A DNA stretch of 62,519 nucleotides, counting the filler, from Lenisia limosa (taxonomy: Eukaryota; Protista; Breviatea): the NCBI GenBank assembly GCA_001655205.1. It is 13 parts of 13 records of this genome, joined end to end, with 100 filler letters (N's around TTAATTAATTAA, not from the genome) between each part and the next. Parts side by side here need not be neighbours in the genome. Positions count along the whole stretch, not along the records: positions 1 to 15,520 come from LPNZ01004607.1; positions 15,621 to 17,199 come from LPNZ01010205.1; positions 17,300 to 19,370 come from LPNZ01010476.1; positions 19,471 to 24,977 come from LPNZ01010409.1; positions 25,078 to 47,746 come from LPNZ01006886.1; 8 more parts are not named here. The stretch is one strand, 5' to 3'. The position numbers and the translations under genes were made by a program. The notes below the pieces were generated by a model that was not told the DNA's origin, searched no databases, and saw nothing but the letters and a program-made list of their open reading frames with translations. How positions within the stretch are numbered: the stretch's first letter is position 1; each line of letters starts with the position of its first letter. Positions 13,736 to 25,710 of the stretch are shown piece after piece.

Positions 13736-14490
13736 ATTTGTCACATTAGCTGACGATGATGTTGTAGCGGTTACTCTTCATAAGGAAGCATTCAGGCGAG
13801 TATGTGGAATACCCTTCCTTTATCAAATGATCGGGGTTTCCTTTTAGTTGGAAACAGACCCGAACAATCCGGATACTGTTTACAAGGATATCTCAAATCG
13901 TTCTTTTTCGGAGGTGTCCGATATGATGATATGATATTTTCTATAATCCAATCTAGACACTTTTGGCACCAGCAGGTACGGAGCTTACCAATTTGCCCGC
14001 TCAAGCAGGGTTGACAGAGAAGTTTGCCTTCTTTCTTGACCAGCCCCGAACAAAGGTGTGTTGGTTCCGGAGAAAGAGGGTGAAGCATTTCATTTGGTGC
14101 CAATTTTCTTGTGTTTTTTGTGTCATTGGCCTTATAAATGCAAGGATATCTATGTAAGAATAGCTGCCATTCTCGAGCTATGGTGCTTTGCCTGTTTCTT
14201 ATTGTTTTTTCCCATCTTTCTTAAATTCTTCTTGATTATTGACTGCCTGTTATACTATTCTATCGAGATTTTATTACATCTTTTCCAGAGTTTTCTTTTT
14301 GTTGTTGTTTATCTTTCTATTGTTTTCAAGATTTCCAAAATAAATCATCTTCTATTTCATAACTCTGCAGGCGCTTTCACATCAGGTCACTCTGGCCAAT
14401 ATTGTGGCATTTGGCACCGACCAGCAGAACAGTCCCTACCCCAATGTTGCCCATATTTCCGTTTATATCGCGCCTGTCCTCCAGTAGAGG
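13736..14490 (+). CDS. Small multi-exon protein, unknown function (5' end unclear)
   Basis: Exons ANVPFVTLADDDVVAVTLHKEAFR, LETDPNNPDTVYKDISNRSFSE, GLTEKFAFFLDQPRTK, ALSHQVTLANIVAFGTDQQNSPYPNVAHISVYIAPVLQ-TAG with GT-AG junctions. Confidence 0.5.
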
Positions 14491-14736
14491 GCACTGCTCG
14501 TCTTCGTATGGTTTTATAAATTGTGTACAATATGGGTAGCCGTTCCTTCTAATAATATATTTAAGTTTTTCACGAAAAGTCTTGATAACCCACAGGTTTC
14601 TCACACAGAACAAGGTTACCCCGGGGTGGTTCTGGGTAGAGTTGCTTCTGCTCTGAGCCCACCAAGAAAAAGTAGCTCGCTCTAAGATCAAAGAAAATAA
14701 ATTTATTAGAAGGAAACATATTATTGTACAAGTTTT

Positions 14737-15421
14737 CTAAAACACAGCAAGCAAACTAAATGAGGAATAGAAGATAAAGATGGGATAAGCCACAAGAGCC
14801 TTGGCATGATCCAGCCCCATGAGAGGCGTCATCATGTTGGCTGCCGACCACGTGGCCCATCCGATGAACGTCAACGCAATAATGCCTCCCCACCACCTGA
14901 ATGTGTGATGCTGACAAAAAGCATTGATTTTTACCAACAACACAAAGAATGATCAGTTGCTTCCCAAACATACGTTGCGAGGTTGAAGATGATTGAAATG
15001 ACAGCAACAACAATGATAGGGATGAGACAATAGCCTAAAACACTGCAAAAGTGAGTAAAGCACATAGTTCGCCAATAATACGAAAGAATTCGTGAAGTAC
15101 AGAAACAGGATAGCATCATAATGCTAGTAACACAATCTGTTAAAATTTTTATCACAAACTATTTGTTAAAAAAGTAACCAAATTGTTGCTCATTGCCACT
15201 GAATAACATTCCCTGTGGCCCTGGTATTTCTGATTACACTATAGTATATCCATAATTCACAAATTATCATATGAACGTAATAGTTTAACGAAAATCCCAA
15301 AATCAGACCTGACAGTAGCAATGAAAGGAACCACGGAGTCAGCCATCAAAGTAAGTTGGAGGTGGATCAAGACACACCCAATCAGACCCAGTCCATAAAT
15401 GTAGCCAAAATGGAACTTTCC
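14737..15421 (-). CDS. YIP1: Yip1-domain protein (YIPF5/Yip1 type), 5'-truncated
   Basis: GKFHFGYIYGLGLIG, SVLGYCLIPIIVVAVISIIF and the C-terminus KALVAYPIFIFYSSFSLLAVF-TAG are hallmark Yip1 motifs. Confidence 0.85.
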
Positions 15422-15520
15422 TGACTGAAAACATGAAAAGGGAAGAAATGACTCACAAACACACACAATACACACACACACACATATATATAGTATATTA
15501 TATAATATATATATTATTAT

Positions 15521-15620
15521 NNNNNNNNNNNNNNNNNNNNNNNNNNNNNNNNNNNNNNNNNNNNTTAATTAATTAANNNNNNNNNNNNNNNNNNNNNNNN
15601 NNNNNNNNNNNNNNNNNNNN
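15521..15620. other. Artificial contig spacer N44-TTAATTAATTAA-N44. Also at ~17200, 19371, 24978, 47747, 48978, 50394, 52932, 54819, 56199, 58761, 60762
   Basis: Identical 12-mer with stops in all six frames, centred in 100-bp N blocks. Genes on either side are truncated and unrelated. Confidence 0.95.
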
Positions 15621-15899
15621 GTTTGCGCGCCACGCTAGTGCGCGCATCCCTAGTCCTAGAAAATTTGATAACATTTTTTTTTTCTTTTTTGTTGTGAGGC
15701 ATAATAGATTAGTTTAGAGAACAAAGATAAGATATTTGTTTAGTTTTGCTTCGTGAAAAACCCTTTGAACTGCCAGTATCAAGAAACCGTTGGAAACCCT
15801 TTGACTGTAAGAACTCTTTATCGCTCTTTTGCTTATTTTCAGTTGCTTTATTGTAGTTTACGATGGTTCGCGGGCGAAAGCGGGCTAAAAGTGCTTTCT

Positions 15900-17190
15900 C
15901 CCCTACCTTCGATGAGCTTCCTGGCGCTTGGAGTGGTGCCGATTCTTAGACAGGAGAAGCTGTTCTGTCAATAAGAGAGAAAAATATTTATCTCAAAAAA
16001 GCTGTTGAAACCTATTCCAATTTTGACAATCAAAAAGATCGTCCCCCACTCTCATCCTTCCTCCACCTTGATTGTGATAGTGGTTTCTCAGTGAAGATTC
16101 CAAGATATACTTTTATCGGTTCTCTCGCCCGATTTGTCCACCATCGCTATGTGAGAGAGTCTCAAGANNNNNNNNNNCGTGCTTTCCCCCCCCAAAGCCC
16201 GAGTCAATTTTGGCAGCCCAGGACTGGAATATGGAGGCAATTGGAGTGAATAGCTCTGGGTACTTCTCCACTGAAGCCTTTCTTCGCTGTGTCGAGGCTG
16301 TCAGCCGCATCAAGAGGTCATCACCAGAAGATCTTCTTGTCATGATCGATGGAGCACGGATCCATGCCACGATCGAAGTATGCTATTTCTTTTGTATTAT
16401 TTATTCGATTGCTGTCTGGAATCTCTCTCACAGTACTAGGTGTGCGCTGCAATCTTCTTACTGTACGGAACTGTTTACATTATTGAGCCATCTTTTACCA
16501 GCCACTTCTTGCAGGTTTGTAAATGTGGCATTGATCATAGTATTTTTTTTATAGTGTTTAATATACTGTGGTAGAATAAGTATGTGCTCTGCTGAAATCT
16601 GGACATTATCTCGAGTGAATTAGTAATAACAATCCAGGTGGCAGATTCCCACTACCATGCCAAAGTCAACCATCAAGTGTATTCACAAATTACGGAGTGG
16701 AAGTCAAGTAATGCAGGAAGGTGAGTGTTTTGACAAAACTGTTAGTTTATGTTACTGTTCTTTTTGTGAATAATTTAGATTATTCTAACTAATCAGGTCA
16801 ATCAAAGAGGAGGAAGTGTTCCAACTAATTGCTAAGGCAATGAGCAGTCCCAGCACGTCCGTTATTCGGTATGGGTCTTTCATNNNNNNNNNNNNNNNNN
16901 NNNNNNNNNNNNNNNNNNNNNNNNNNNNNNNNNNNNNNNNNNNNNNNNNNNNTGTGGTTATGAGCTGGAAGGCTACAACCCCTTACGCATTCCCCATACT
17001 CTGTACAACAAAGGTTCCATCTTCTGCCCTCCACCTTCTCAAGGATACCCCAAACTAACTTCTCAATATCTCCATGCACTCTTCACCTATACCAACACTC
17101 ATGCACCCTTCAATGCTCCCAATCTCTATCCCCGCACCCCAGCCTATCCTCGAATGACCTGCAAGCCAACTGCTCTGGAGAAGGCCAAGG
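15900..17190 (+). mobile_element. pogo/Tc5-type (DDE_1) transposase-like gene with at least 3 spliceosomal introns; 5' part frame-disrupted or unresolved
   Basis: Splicing introns 16378-16439, 16515-16637 and 16721-16796 gives GVNSSGYFSTEAFL...LLVMIDGARIHATIE-VCAAIFLLYGTVYIIEPSFTSHFLQ-VADSHYHAKVN...VFQLIAKAMSSPSTSVIR. This matches the DDE_1 motifs W/F-x-T, LILDGHxSH, LPPxTTHxLQPLD and AWxxVTxxTIR. An 82-codon open frame follows the gap. Confidence 0.75.
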
Positions 17191-17669
17191 CCATGACCGN
17201 NNNNNNNNNNNNNNNNNNNNNNNNNNNNNNNNNNNNNNNNNNNTTAATTAATTAANNNNNNNNNNNNNNNNNNNNNNNNNNNNNNNNNNNNNNNNNNNNA
17301 CAACACACGAGATAACAAAACAAACAAAGCTCAGGCCAGTCGCTTCTGCAGTACCGCATCCCATCTCCCAGCGTATAAAAATGGAAAATTTATGAAATAA
17401 AAAAAATCCCCAAAATCAACTCTATTGGATAAAAATAATAAACGGAGATTTCCCCTGAAATGGAATCAATAGTTGCAAAACAAAGAACAAAGAGGAGCGC
17501 GGGGGGGGGGGGGNNNNNNNNNNNNNNNNNNNNNNNNNNNNNNNNNNNNNNNNNNNNNNNNNNNNNNNNNNNNNNNNNNNNNNNNNNNNNNNNNNNNNNN
17601 NNNNNNNNNNNNNNGAGGTAAAAAAAATATGAGAAATGGCAAAAAAAAAAAGAGAGGCCACAATACCCA

Positions 17670-19370
17670 TTCCCACCCTTAATCTTCCACAACATCCAAT
17701 ACAGCCAGGCCGGGAGGAGCGTGAGGCAGAAGAAGGTCACGTAGAACACCGCCCAAGAGGGATAGATGCGGAAGTGGTAGGGCTTTGGCGACTCTGAGGG
17801 GGTCATATGGATGCAAAAATACACAAGGGAAGCAATACGCAGAGAAGTGAAATAAAAAAAGTGGATAAGTATTATATCAAAAACATAAATACATACACAT
17901 ATCATATATGATATGTATATTATTGTATATAGTATACAGTATATATTACTAAGTTACTCCCAACGCCTGTTAAGAACATCATAGCACACATCCCGATTAA
18001 GACCCCCCCCCCCAATCCAAGCCCAAAATACCTTTGAGACGGTTGGTGGGCTCGGCTACCCAGTAGTCTTTGAGGCCCTTAGCTGCGGGGGGGGGGGAGT
18101 AAAATTGAAAATTTTATGAAACATAAAAAAGCCAAATCAACTCTGTTGGCTGACAACACACAGGTTGTGGAGCAAAATCATTATTCGGTGTAAAGGGTTC
18201 CATAGTGGTGTACACTTAACGAGTTGAGCAAACAGATATATTTGACAGTCGCCAAAATGGCCAATTATATGTCTGAAACTGCCCCCCCCAATGCCTTTAT
18301 CGTGATATCATTTTTAAATGTATCTAGGGCTTCACTTCGATTCGAAAAAGACCGGTCAAATATCGATAGTTTTCGAGGATTTATTGAGAAATTCAGTCTT
18401 TTTTCGAGCCGAAGTGAAACCCTAAGTACACAGTCCACACCCAAACCTACCGCAATCTACCCAGGTGATAGGGTTGTGGTGGGACGAGCCTGTGTGGTAT
18501 ACCTGAAAAGTCAGTATAATGTGAACAGAGGAAACTAAAACAATATCTGGGCTTCTTCTGTTGTGTTCAAACCCTTCTCCACCTCGGAAGCATCCCCACT
18601 TCCAGTGGATTTCTTTCAGCAACCCCCCCCCCCCCCCCCCCNNNNNNNNNNNNNNNNNNNNNNNNNNNNNNNNNNNNNNNNNNNNNNNNNNNNNNNNNNN
18701 NNNNNNNNNNNNNNNNNNNNNNNNNNNNNNNNNNNNNNNNNNTGCATTTACTACAATGTCGACCGGGACGTTGTCTCCCTTGTTGGCAGGCTTGCCGGGA
18801 AGAACCTGCAGAATGCCTGGCGGGGTGATGATGGTTTTTTTGCAGTAAAGTCTCTATTGAAACTAGGTAAAGTCTCTATTGAAACTAGGATCATAGAGAT
18901 CCAGCGGTTGACTACACAAAAGAAACATCCACAGGTGATGGGGCAATCTCTTCAGCAATCTTTGAGAATGTAACACACCCTCTCTCAAAAAAAGAGATAA
19001 AAAACAACAAAATTTGAAAACCAAAGAAATTCTCGACTTTCGTCACCCCACCCCACCAAGTCCAGCCATGAGGAAAACAGCACCGGAAGCAGATACAGTA
19101 TCAACCCAGCCAGGGAACTGAGGAGTTATATTAACAGAAGGAAGGTGTTAAAGATTTGAATGAGTATCCGAAGCCATTCACATCATCACGTTTTCGAAAT
19201 AGTAATTCACTCAATGTCATAATTTACAGCAGTAATATTTGGATTGACGCCCACCGGTTCCTGGTACGACGCGCCGACACAGGTGGGGCGGACGATGGCG
19301 ATGGGCGTGGCGCCACGACGTTGCGACAGAAGCTTCTCAGCCATGTTCTTGGTGAAGGTGTATGTGTTCG
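17670..19370 (-). CDS. Fatty acyl-CoA reductase (FAR / male-sterility type), partial
   Basis: Exons PNTYTFTKNMAEKLL...PIAIVRPTCVGASYQEP, FPGWVDTVSASGAVFLMAGL, GDNVPVDIVVNA, VYHTGSSHHNPITW, YPSWAVFYVTFFCLTLLPAWLY follow the FAR motif order. Confidence 0.88.
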
Positions 19371-19950
19371 NNNNNNNNNNNNNNNNNNNNNNNNNNNNNN
19401 NNNNNNNNNNNNNNTTAATTAATTAANNNNNNNNNNNNNNNNNNNNNNNNNNNNNNNNNNNNNNNNNNNNATGCAATGGAAGGGGGGGGAAAGACATTAC
19501 GTTTGGGGGGTTTTGACGATGACGTTCATTTCGGCCGCTGATCTGAGGAGTAGGGGGACGGGGTGATAACTGTGCTTAGGGGGTCAGGGGGTAGGGGTAA
19601 AACAACAATGCTCATCACCTTGCTTCAATATCGTTAAACTCGCCTTTTCATTGTGTTTAGATTCGAGTTACCGTCAGTGAGCCTGTCAGCCACCTTTGCA
19701 CTGACATTTTCACTTTCGCCACCCTCAAGTAAGAGGCTTTTTCGCTATTCACATGTGCTGAAAATTCATTGAGATATTAATTTTAAGCTAAAGTGGGGGG
19801 GGGGGGGCTTNNNNNNNNNNNNNNNNNNNNNNNNNNNNNNNNNNNNNNNNNNNNNNNNNNNNNNNNNNNNNNNNNNNNNNNNNNNNNNNNNNNNNNNNNN
19901 NNNNNNNNNNNNNNNNNNNNNNNNNNNNNNNNNNNNNNNNNNNNNNNNNN

Positions 19951-22900
19951 AGAGCGGTTGTCTGAGTTCAATATCGTTTTCCCCGAGTATAATTTGAGAT
20001 AATAAAAGAAATACTATTTTTTTTTACAATACCACAGGGCGTACCACCCAGTTTTCTACATGAGAGCCGGTGTTCACGAGTTCACAATGACGGACGTGAA
20101 GCCTTTCGATTTCGAAATGGTATGCTACCGCAGGTTCCTTATTATTGATAAATACACAGGATCTTAGATGTGGACCAAACATAATAACACTGTGTATTCC
20201 TGGAGTGGTACCAAGTCTAGTGTATTTCTGACGACTTAGATGGACACCTTTGGAGTTCGAGTTTTTGGTTTCGATAGTAGCCTCATTAAGACCGTTGAAG
20301 AGGCAATTGAGGGCGTTGGCGCCTTCTTCGACAACCTCATTCCTAAGCCTGGTGAGCACCGCAGTAGCAGTAATTCCTTCTTTCAAATTAGTTGATGAAA
20401 AACCATTTACCATCATTCATGCTTTTGTTTTTGTAGTATTAGCATTTCATTCGCCCTTTGAATGCCCGTGTCTTACTCTTTGTAGTTGCGGTTCCCACGA
20501 AGAAGGAGGTTGAGATCAACCAGCAGCTTTTGTCTGAATACGGCCAGTGGCATTCTGTTGGCAGAAAGTACCCCAAGGTTGGCATGGTCAATGCTGCTGA
20601 GGAGAATACCCTCAAAACAATTAAATATAAACACACTGAGCGTGGGTGGTCAGCTTTTTACCCAAAATGAGCCTGAATAATAATTTTCTATGATGATAGT
20701 GTCCATTTTCTTACGTTACAGCTTGTCAACATCAACCCTGAAGAGGTTGAGGGAGGTGACGTCTTTGCAATTCTCCGATTCGATGGTTGGTGCTGGAAAT
20801 GCATAGACTGATCTGCAGTTGTTTTAGAAACTGTATAGTGCACTTCATACATCTTTCTATGAGATCATACATACGTAGTTAAAAGACCATGTCAAGTTCA
20901 GCCTGAAAATAGGCATATCGAGTGTCAACTTTCCAAGAACTCACCTTGTTGCAGGTATCGACTCCTTCATTATGGCGGGAAATGGTGCTCGCGTTGGTCA
21001 CATCGCAATCGCATTAAAGAGGTGCGAAGGGAAAGCAAGACTGAAATTTTTTATCTTTAACTTTATTTATTTCAGTCCAGTTTGGTTCAGTTCAGTTCTC
21101 ACGATATTAGAAACGACACCTTGTACGTTGCCCAGGCTGGCTCGGGTCCTGATGGCGTCAACAAAGTCATGTACTCCACCTGGGATGTGAGCAGGGGATA
21201 AGTGGGATTTTAGCTCAAGGGTGATTTAATGCTACTTTCATGTTCCCCTCTTTCTTCGTCATGAAATGCAAGTCAGGTAAAAAATCTTGCCTATGTAACA
21301 GATGGCTTACTCATGTAGGAATTTGTCAGCTTCCGTCGTGATTACGGCTACAGCGTGGCCCTCTTGAAGCTGAAGCCTGAACTCTCAAAGAAGTTCAACA
21401 ATGAGGTGAGCTAATAGACACGTGTAATACATGGTTACATTTTAAGGAATATTGATGTATTATACTATAATTCAATACGATATCTCTTAGAAACGTGATG
21501 CCACCTTGTTTTATATTTCTCTTTGCAAGAAATAACTCTTCCAGGCAGCATGGAAGCAAATGGAGACTTACCTGGGACTCCCATGGGGTACCTACAACTC
21601 CATGTTCGCAGCGGTGAGTGGGGTGATGTAATTTGAAAACAAAAATCACACCATTAGATTACCCAATGAATTTGTGTTTAGGTGTGGGAGGTGTTCGCAG
21701 TGAGTGAGGTGATATAGCCATTTGTAATGGTGATTTACACAATTCACATCTGATTTGTTGCGCTTCAATTCGCTTTTTCTCTCACATCCAAGGTTGATAA
21801 CCTTGACTCCTTCCCTCGCTATCTGATGCCCGAAGCCACGACTTTCTTCATCCAAATTATGGACGTGAGCGGTGTTGATTATGACCTTGAAAGTTGGATT
21901 GTCTGGGACAACTTTTCACAAACTACCGAAACATTACACTCAATCCAACATCCCCATCAGCTGACTCAATCCAACATCCCCATCAGCTTACTCTAACTCT
22001 CGCAGAAAAAGGTGCCGGAAGCAGCAATGAATTGGTTCGGATGGGCCTTCAACATGAGACTCGGCACCAATGTCACGGCTCTCGAGACCCTTGAGGTTGC
22101 CCATAGAAGAGGCATGTCAATGACCGACCTGTTCACCATTCCTGAGAACGACGAATGGTATGTCAGAAGTTGCTTACGAAAAAACTATTATTTTAAAAAT
22201 ACAATTATTTTTTTGGACGTCGTTTGCACCACAATCTCATTCTCCGTTTTTTGAATGTAACATTTAGGTTATTTTGTTTCATAAATTGTCAGTTTTCACT
22301 CCCCAGGATTTACCCCGGAGGCAAGAGCCGCGTGTGCTCCACCTTTGCAGTTGAAATGTTGCTCTACGGCGGCGCCCTCGGCGACATTGATATCAACGTC
22401 ACGGAGTTCAGCCCCAAGGACGTCACGGAGTTGGCCATCTACAATGTCGACCCGAATGTGGGAGGGGTGGTTGTGAGGGGGTAAACTTTTGGGATGATGA
22501 GAGGGTAGTGGTTTTCTTTCTTTCTTGTGACCAAGAAACATATCATATTACTATATCATAGTATTATAGTGGTATAGTAGTATATTATAGTGGTATAGTA
22601 GTATATCATATTAATAGTAATAGCATGAATCACAAATAATATGTTTCAAATTACATACTGTCACTTCAGCTAAGGCCAAAGCATCCAGTTTCATCTTTCT
22701 GACTTTCCAGGCTCTCCCCCACAAGTGCAAAATGATGGACCCAGATCTGCCTTACTGCATGGTCACTGGTGGGGGGATGGGGGAGTAAAATTAAAAAACA
22801 AATCATTGCTATTCTAAATCAGTAGAAACTCCAATCATAAATTCATTTTTTCAAAGTCGAATTTCCAACTCCTTTGACTCCGCCAGGCCCCTTCACGGTT

Positions 22901-22999
22901 GAACTCGGAGCCACCTACGCCAGTATCAAGCCCTACTCTCATATGGACGAAAGGTGTCCCCTGTTGCCTCCCCACTTTGACCGTACCGCGGGGTGTTAG
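19951..22999 (+). CDS. Conserved uncharacterised protein (family also seen in plants and amoebae); probable permuted papain-like NlpC/P60 fold; 5' end near a gap
   Basis: About 13 exons: GGDVFAILRFDGIDSFIMAGNGARVGHIAIAL ... YPGGKSRVCSTFAVEML ... INVTEFSPKDV ... DLPYCMVTG ... IKPYSHMDERCPLLPPHFDRTAGC-TAG (stop 22997-22999). Confidence 0.7.
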
Positions 23000-23574
23000 G
23001 TATTTTTCCTGTATAATTGTATCATAGCATGCGTTTTGATAGAAATTTTCCTGTACAAAATGGGTCTTCATTGATAAGTTAAAACTTCTCTCCTACTGTA
23101 GAGTGACATAGACATTTATACACTAAAACGAAAGTTTGTGTGTTAACTAGGTCCTAACACTACCCTATGGCATTTTAGAAATTTTACAGAGAACTAGCAA
23201 GTACTTATTCCCCAAAGATGAAATACTCTCCCTTTGTCCATGGCATCAACATCTTTGGGGGAAACAAGAAATACATTAATCAAAAACCGCCGGTCAACAC
23301 ACCAACAAAACCTCCGAAAAATAGTCCGTGATTACGGGGTGGAAATGGGAGGAATTTCTTCAACAGGGTTCTGAAACGTGAACAAAATATCAAAATAGCA
23401 AATGAAAAGTGAGACCCAGAGAAAAGTAATGTCACTATGCATTTTCACGAAGCAGTATTGGATCATTCTCTTCTATCAAGTTGGCAAAAATAGTCAACCA
23501 ATAAGAGATAACTGTTGAACCAATAACCAATAAGTTCAAAACATGAAAGTTGACCAATAAGACCAACCATTTCG

Positions 23575-24613
23575 TTGGGGGATGTGGAAGGTTCAGCTGA
23601 GGCAAAAGCGACATCAAGAGCTTCTGGGGGGGGGGGGNNNNNNNNNNNNNNNNNNNNNNNNNNNNNNNNNNNNNNNNNNNNNNNNNNNNNNNNNNGTAAT
23701 TTAGCATGATACGCGGAAACTAGAATCGGACAGTTCAAGTGAATACCGGGATCTTGATAAGAGTATTATAAAGAAATTGATCAATGATATTGTTGAATAA
23801 CAGCACATATCCACCCATCCACCCTCCTCGCCAAGGTTAAGGGATATTGACAAAATTTGACAGTTGAGCTTCACTTCGATTCAAAGATACAGGTAAAATA
23901 TCGATAGTTTTCGAGAATTTTTTTAAAAAATAGTCTTTTTCGAACCGAAGTGAAGCCCTAGTTGACAGTCGTAGTAAACCGTCTCCCCTCTTACTTTTGG
24001 TCTTCCATGTGGCGTGGAAACATAAGGACATGCCAACAATGGGTAACCAAAAGAACAGCGGTGATAGGACAAGCACCAAAAGATTGAAGCCTGAATATTG
24101 GTTAGTGAAAGTCACAATTCAGAACAACATTGAAGAAGGGATTAACTCTGAAAGAATCCGGATCTCACCAGTGGCCATGAAGACGAAAGCGAAGATACAG
24201 CAGAACAGTGTGAAAGTCAGCCTGGCATGTGCACCCCAATGCAATAGATGCGGCACTGGTGAGGCCAAAAGGGACCTAGAAAAAGTGAAATTTCGAGGGG
24301 GGGGGGGTGAAATGGGAANNNNNNNNNNNNNNNNNNNNNNNNNNNNNNNNNNNNNNNNNNNNNNNNNNNNNNNNNNNNNNNNNNNNNNNNNNNNNNNNNN
24401 NNNNNNNNNNNNNNNNNNNNNNNNNNNNNNNNNATACATGCTCCTCCACCAGAAGACTTGTGTCATATTAATAATCCTTAGATTAAAGAGAATTTCAATT
24501 TCTCTTATAATATGTAGTTTGTTATTCGTATGACACGGAACAAAACAATAAACTTTTGTTGTGCCCCCTACGATAAGGACGGGCGCTTAGTAGTGTTCTT
24601 CGACTTCGCCATT
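23575..24613 (-). CDS. Small membrane protein, unknown
   Basis: Putative start MAKSKNTTKRPSL. Hydrophobic exons HARLTFTLFCCIFAFVFMATG-FNLLVLVLSPLFFWLPIVGMSLCFHATWKTK. Confidence 0.45.
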
Positions 24614-25710
24614 TCAAGTGAATAAGAAAGTAACATAGGGGTGTACGCAACCTGCTCAGTGAAACGTGTCTTCAAAATATGTAATGAATATTCCATCAAT
24701 AAAAAAGACAATGCTATATTATTAATGAAAACATAGGTCAGCATTTCTTTAATTATTCAAAACAAAGGGTAGCATTTCGGGTTCAAAACCTACCAGATTG
24801 GATCCATTATCGATATCATATACAGTGACCGGGATAAGACTTGACCGATTTTCCTTTGGAAACCACAGAGCAAATCGGTCAAGACCTTTCCCAGTTACTT
24901 TTTTATTGATAATTGGCAGATCCTCATCATGGACCCAAGTACCTTTGACAGGTGGCGAATGACAGGGTACACACCGANNNNNNNNNNNNNNNNNNNNNNN
25001 NNNNNNNNNNNNNNNNNNNNNTTAATTAATTAANNNNNNNNNNNNNNNNNNNNNNNNNNNNNNNNNNNNNNNNNNNNTGTTTGAATTGCACCAATATTCT
25101 TACAATTAATATCACGGAGCCCTAAATTAGTGTCTGATTTTCATCTCACTATTTGTAACGTAACACTCTCCCCTCCATGTGGTATTATCCTGAGATCCTG
25201 AGGGTATTCTTTCGGTCCAAAAGTGCATTTTCGATAAAACCTCGATAAATATCGATATTTTGGCAGGTGGTCTTTGTGAAGGAGGTAGCCCTAATAATCA
25301 TCAACATAATCACCGCCCACTCACACAATTATCAACCCCCCCTCCCCACTCGTAATCTTCACTTTGCACAAGTTTTTTTTTTTTAATTTGGACCCCCTCT
25401 TTTTAAGCTACCCAAGTTGATTTTTCACATTTTTTAAAACAGAATCCAGAAGACATCCAAATCAGTTGTTTGCCACTTTTTTTGATGACAGCTAGATGTT
25501 ACAAAGTGGGCAGATTTGGTCCGCTCCTTGATGGCTCATACGAAATATGAAATATAAGGAACTCCCTTGCCTCACACTAATCTAATAAAATAATCTCCCC
25601 CTTTCTATAGGCAAGCCTAATTATTTTGGGCTAGCCTTTTGTTAGGTAGATCCTGAAACTCTATCATCATCGCACTCCGTGTCGCTCTTCTCAGGGTCCC
25701 AAACACCCCA

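Noticed and set aside
15565-15576. TTAATTAATTAA recurring 12 times as a biological motif
   Set aside because: It is always centred in a 100-bp N block and has stops in six frames, so it is an assembly linker.
15947-15949. A third in-frame TAG, in the DDE gene (FDELPGAWSGADS*)
   Set aside because: A different frame (ASWRLEWCRFLDRR) fits the Tc5 HTH better here, so this TAG is probably not in the coding frame.
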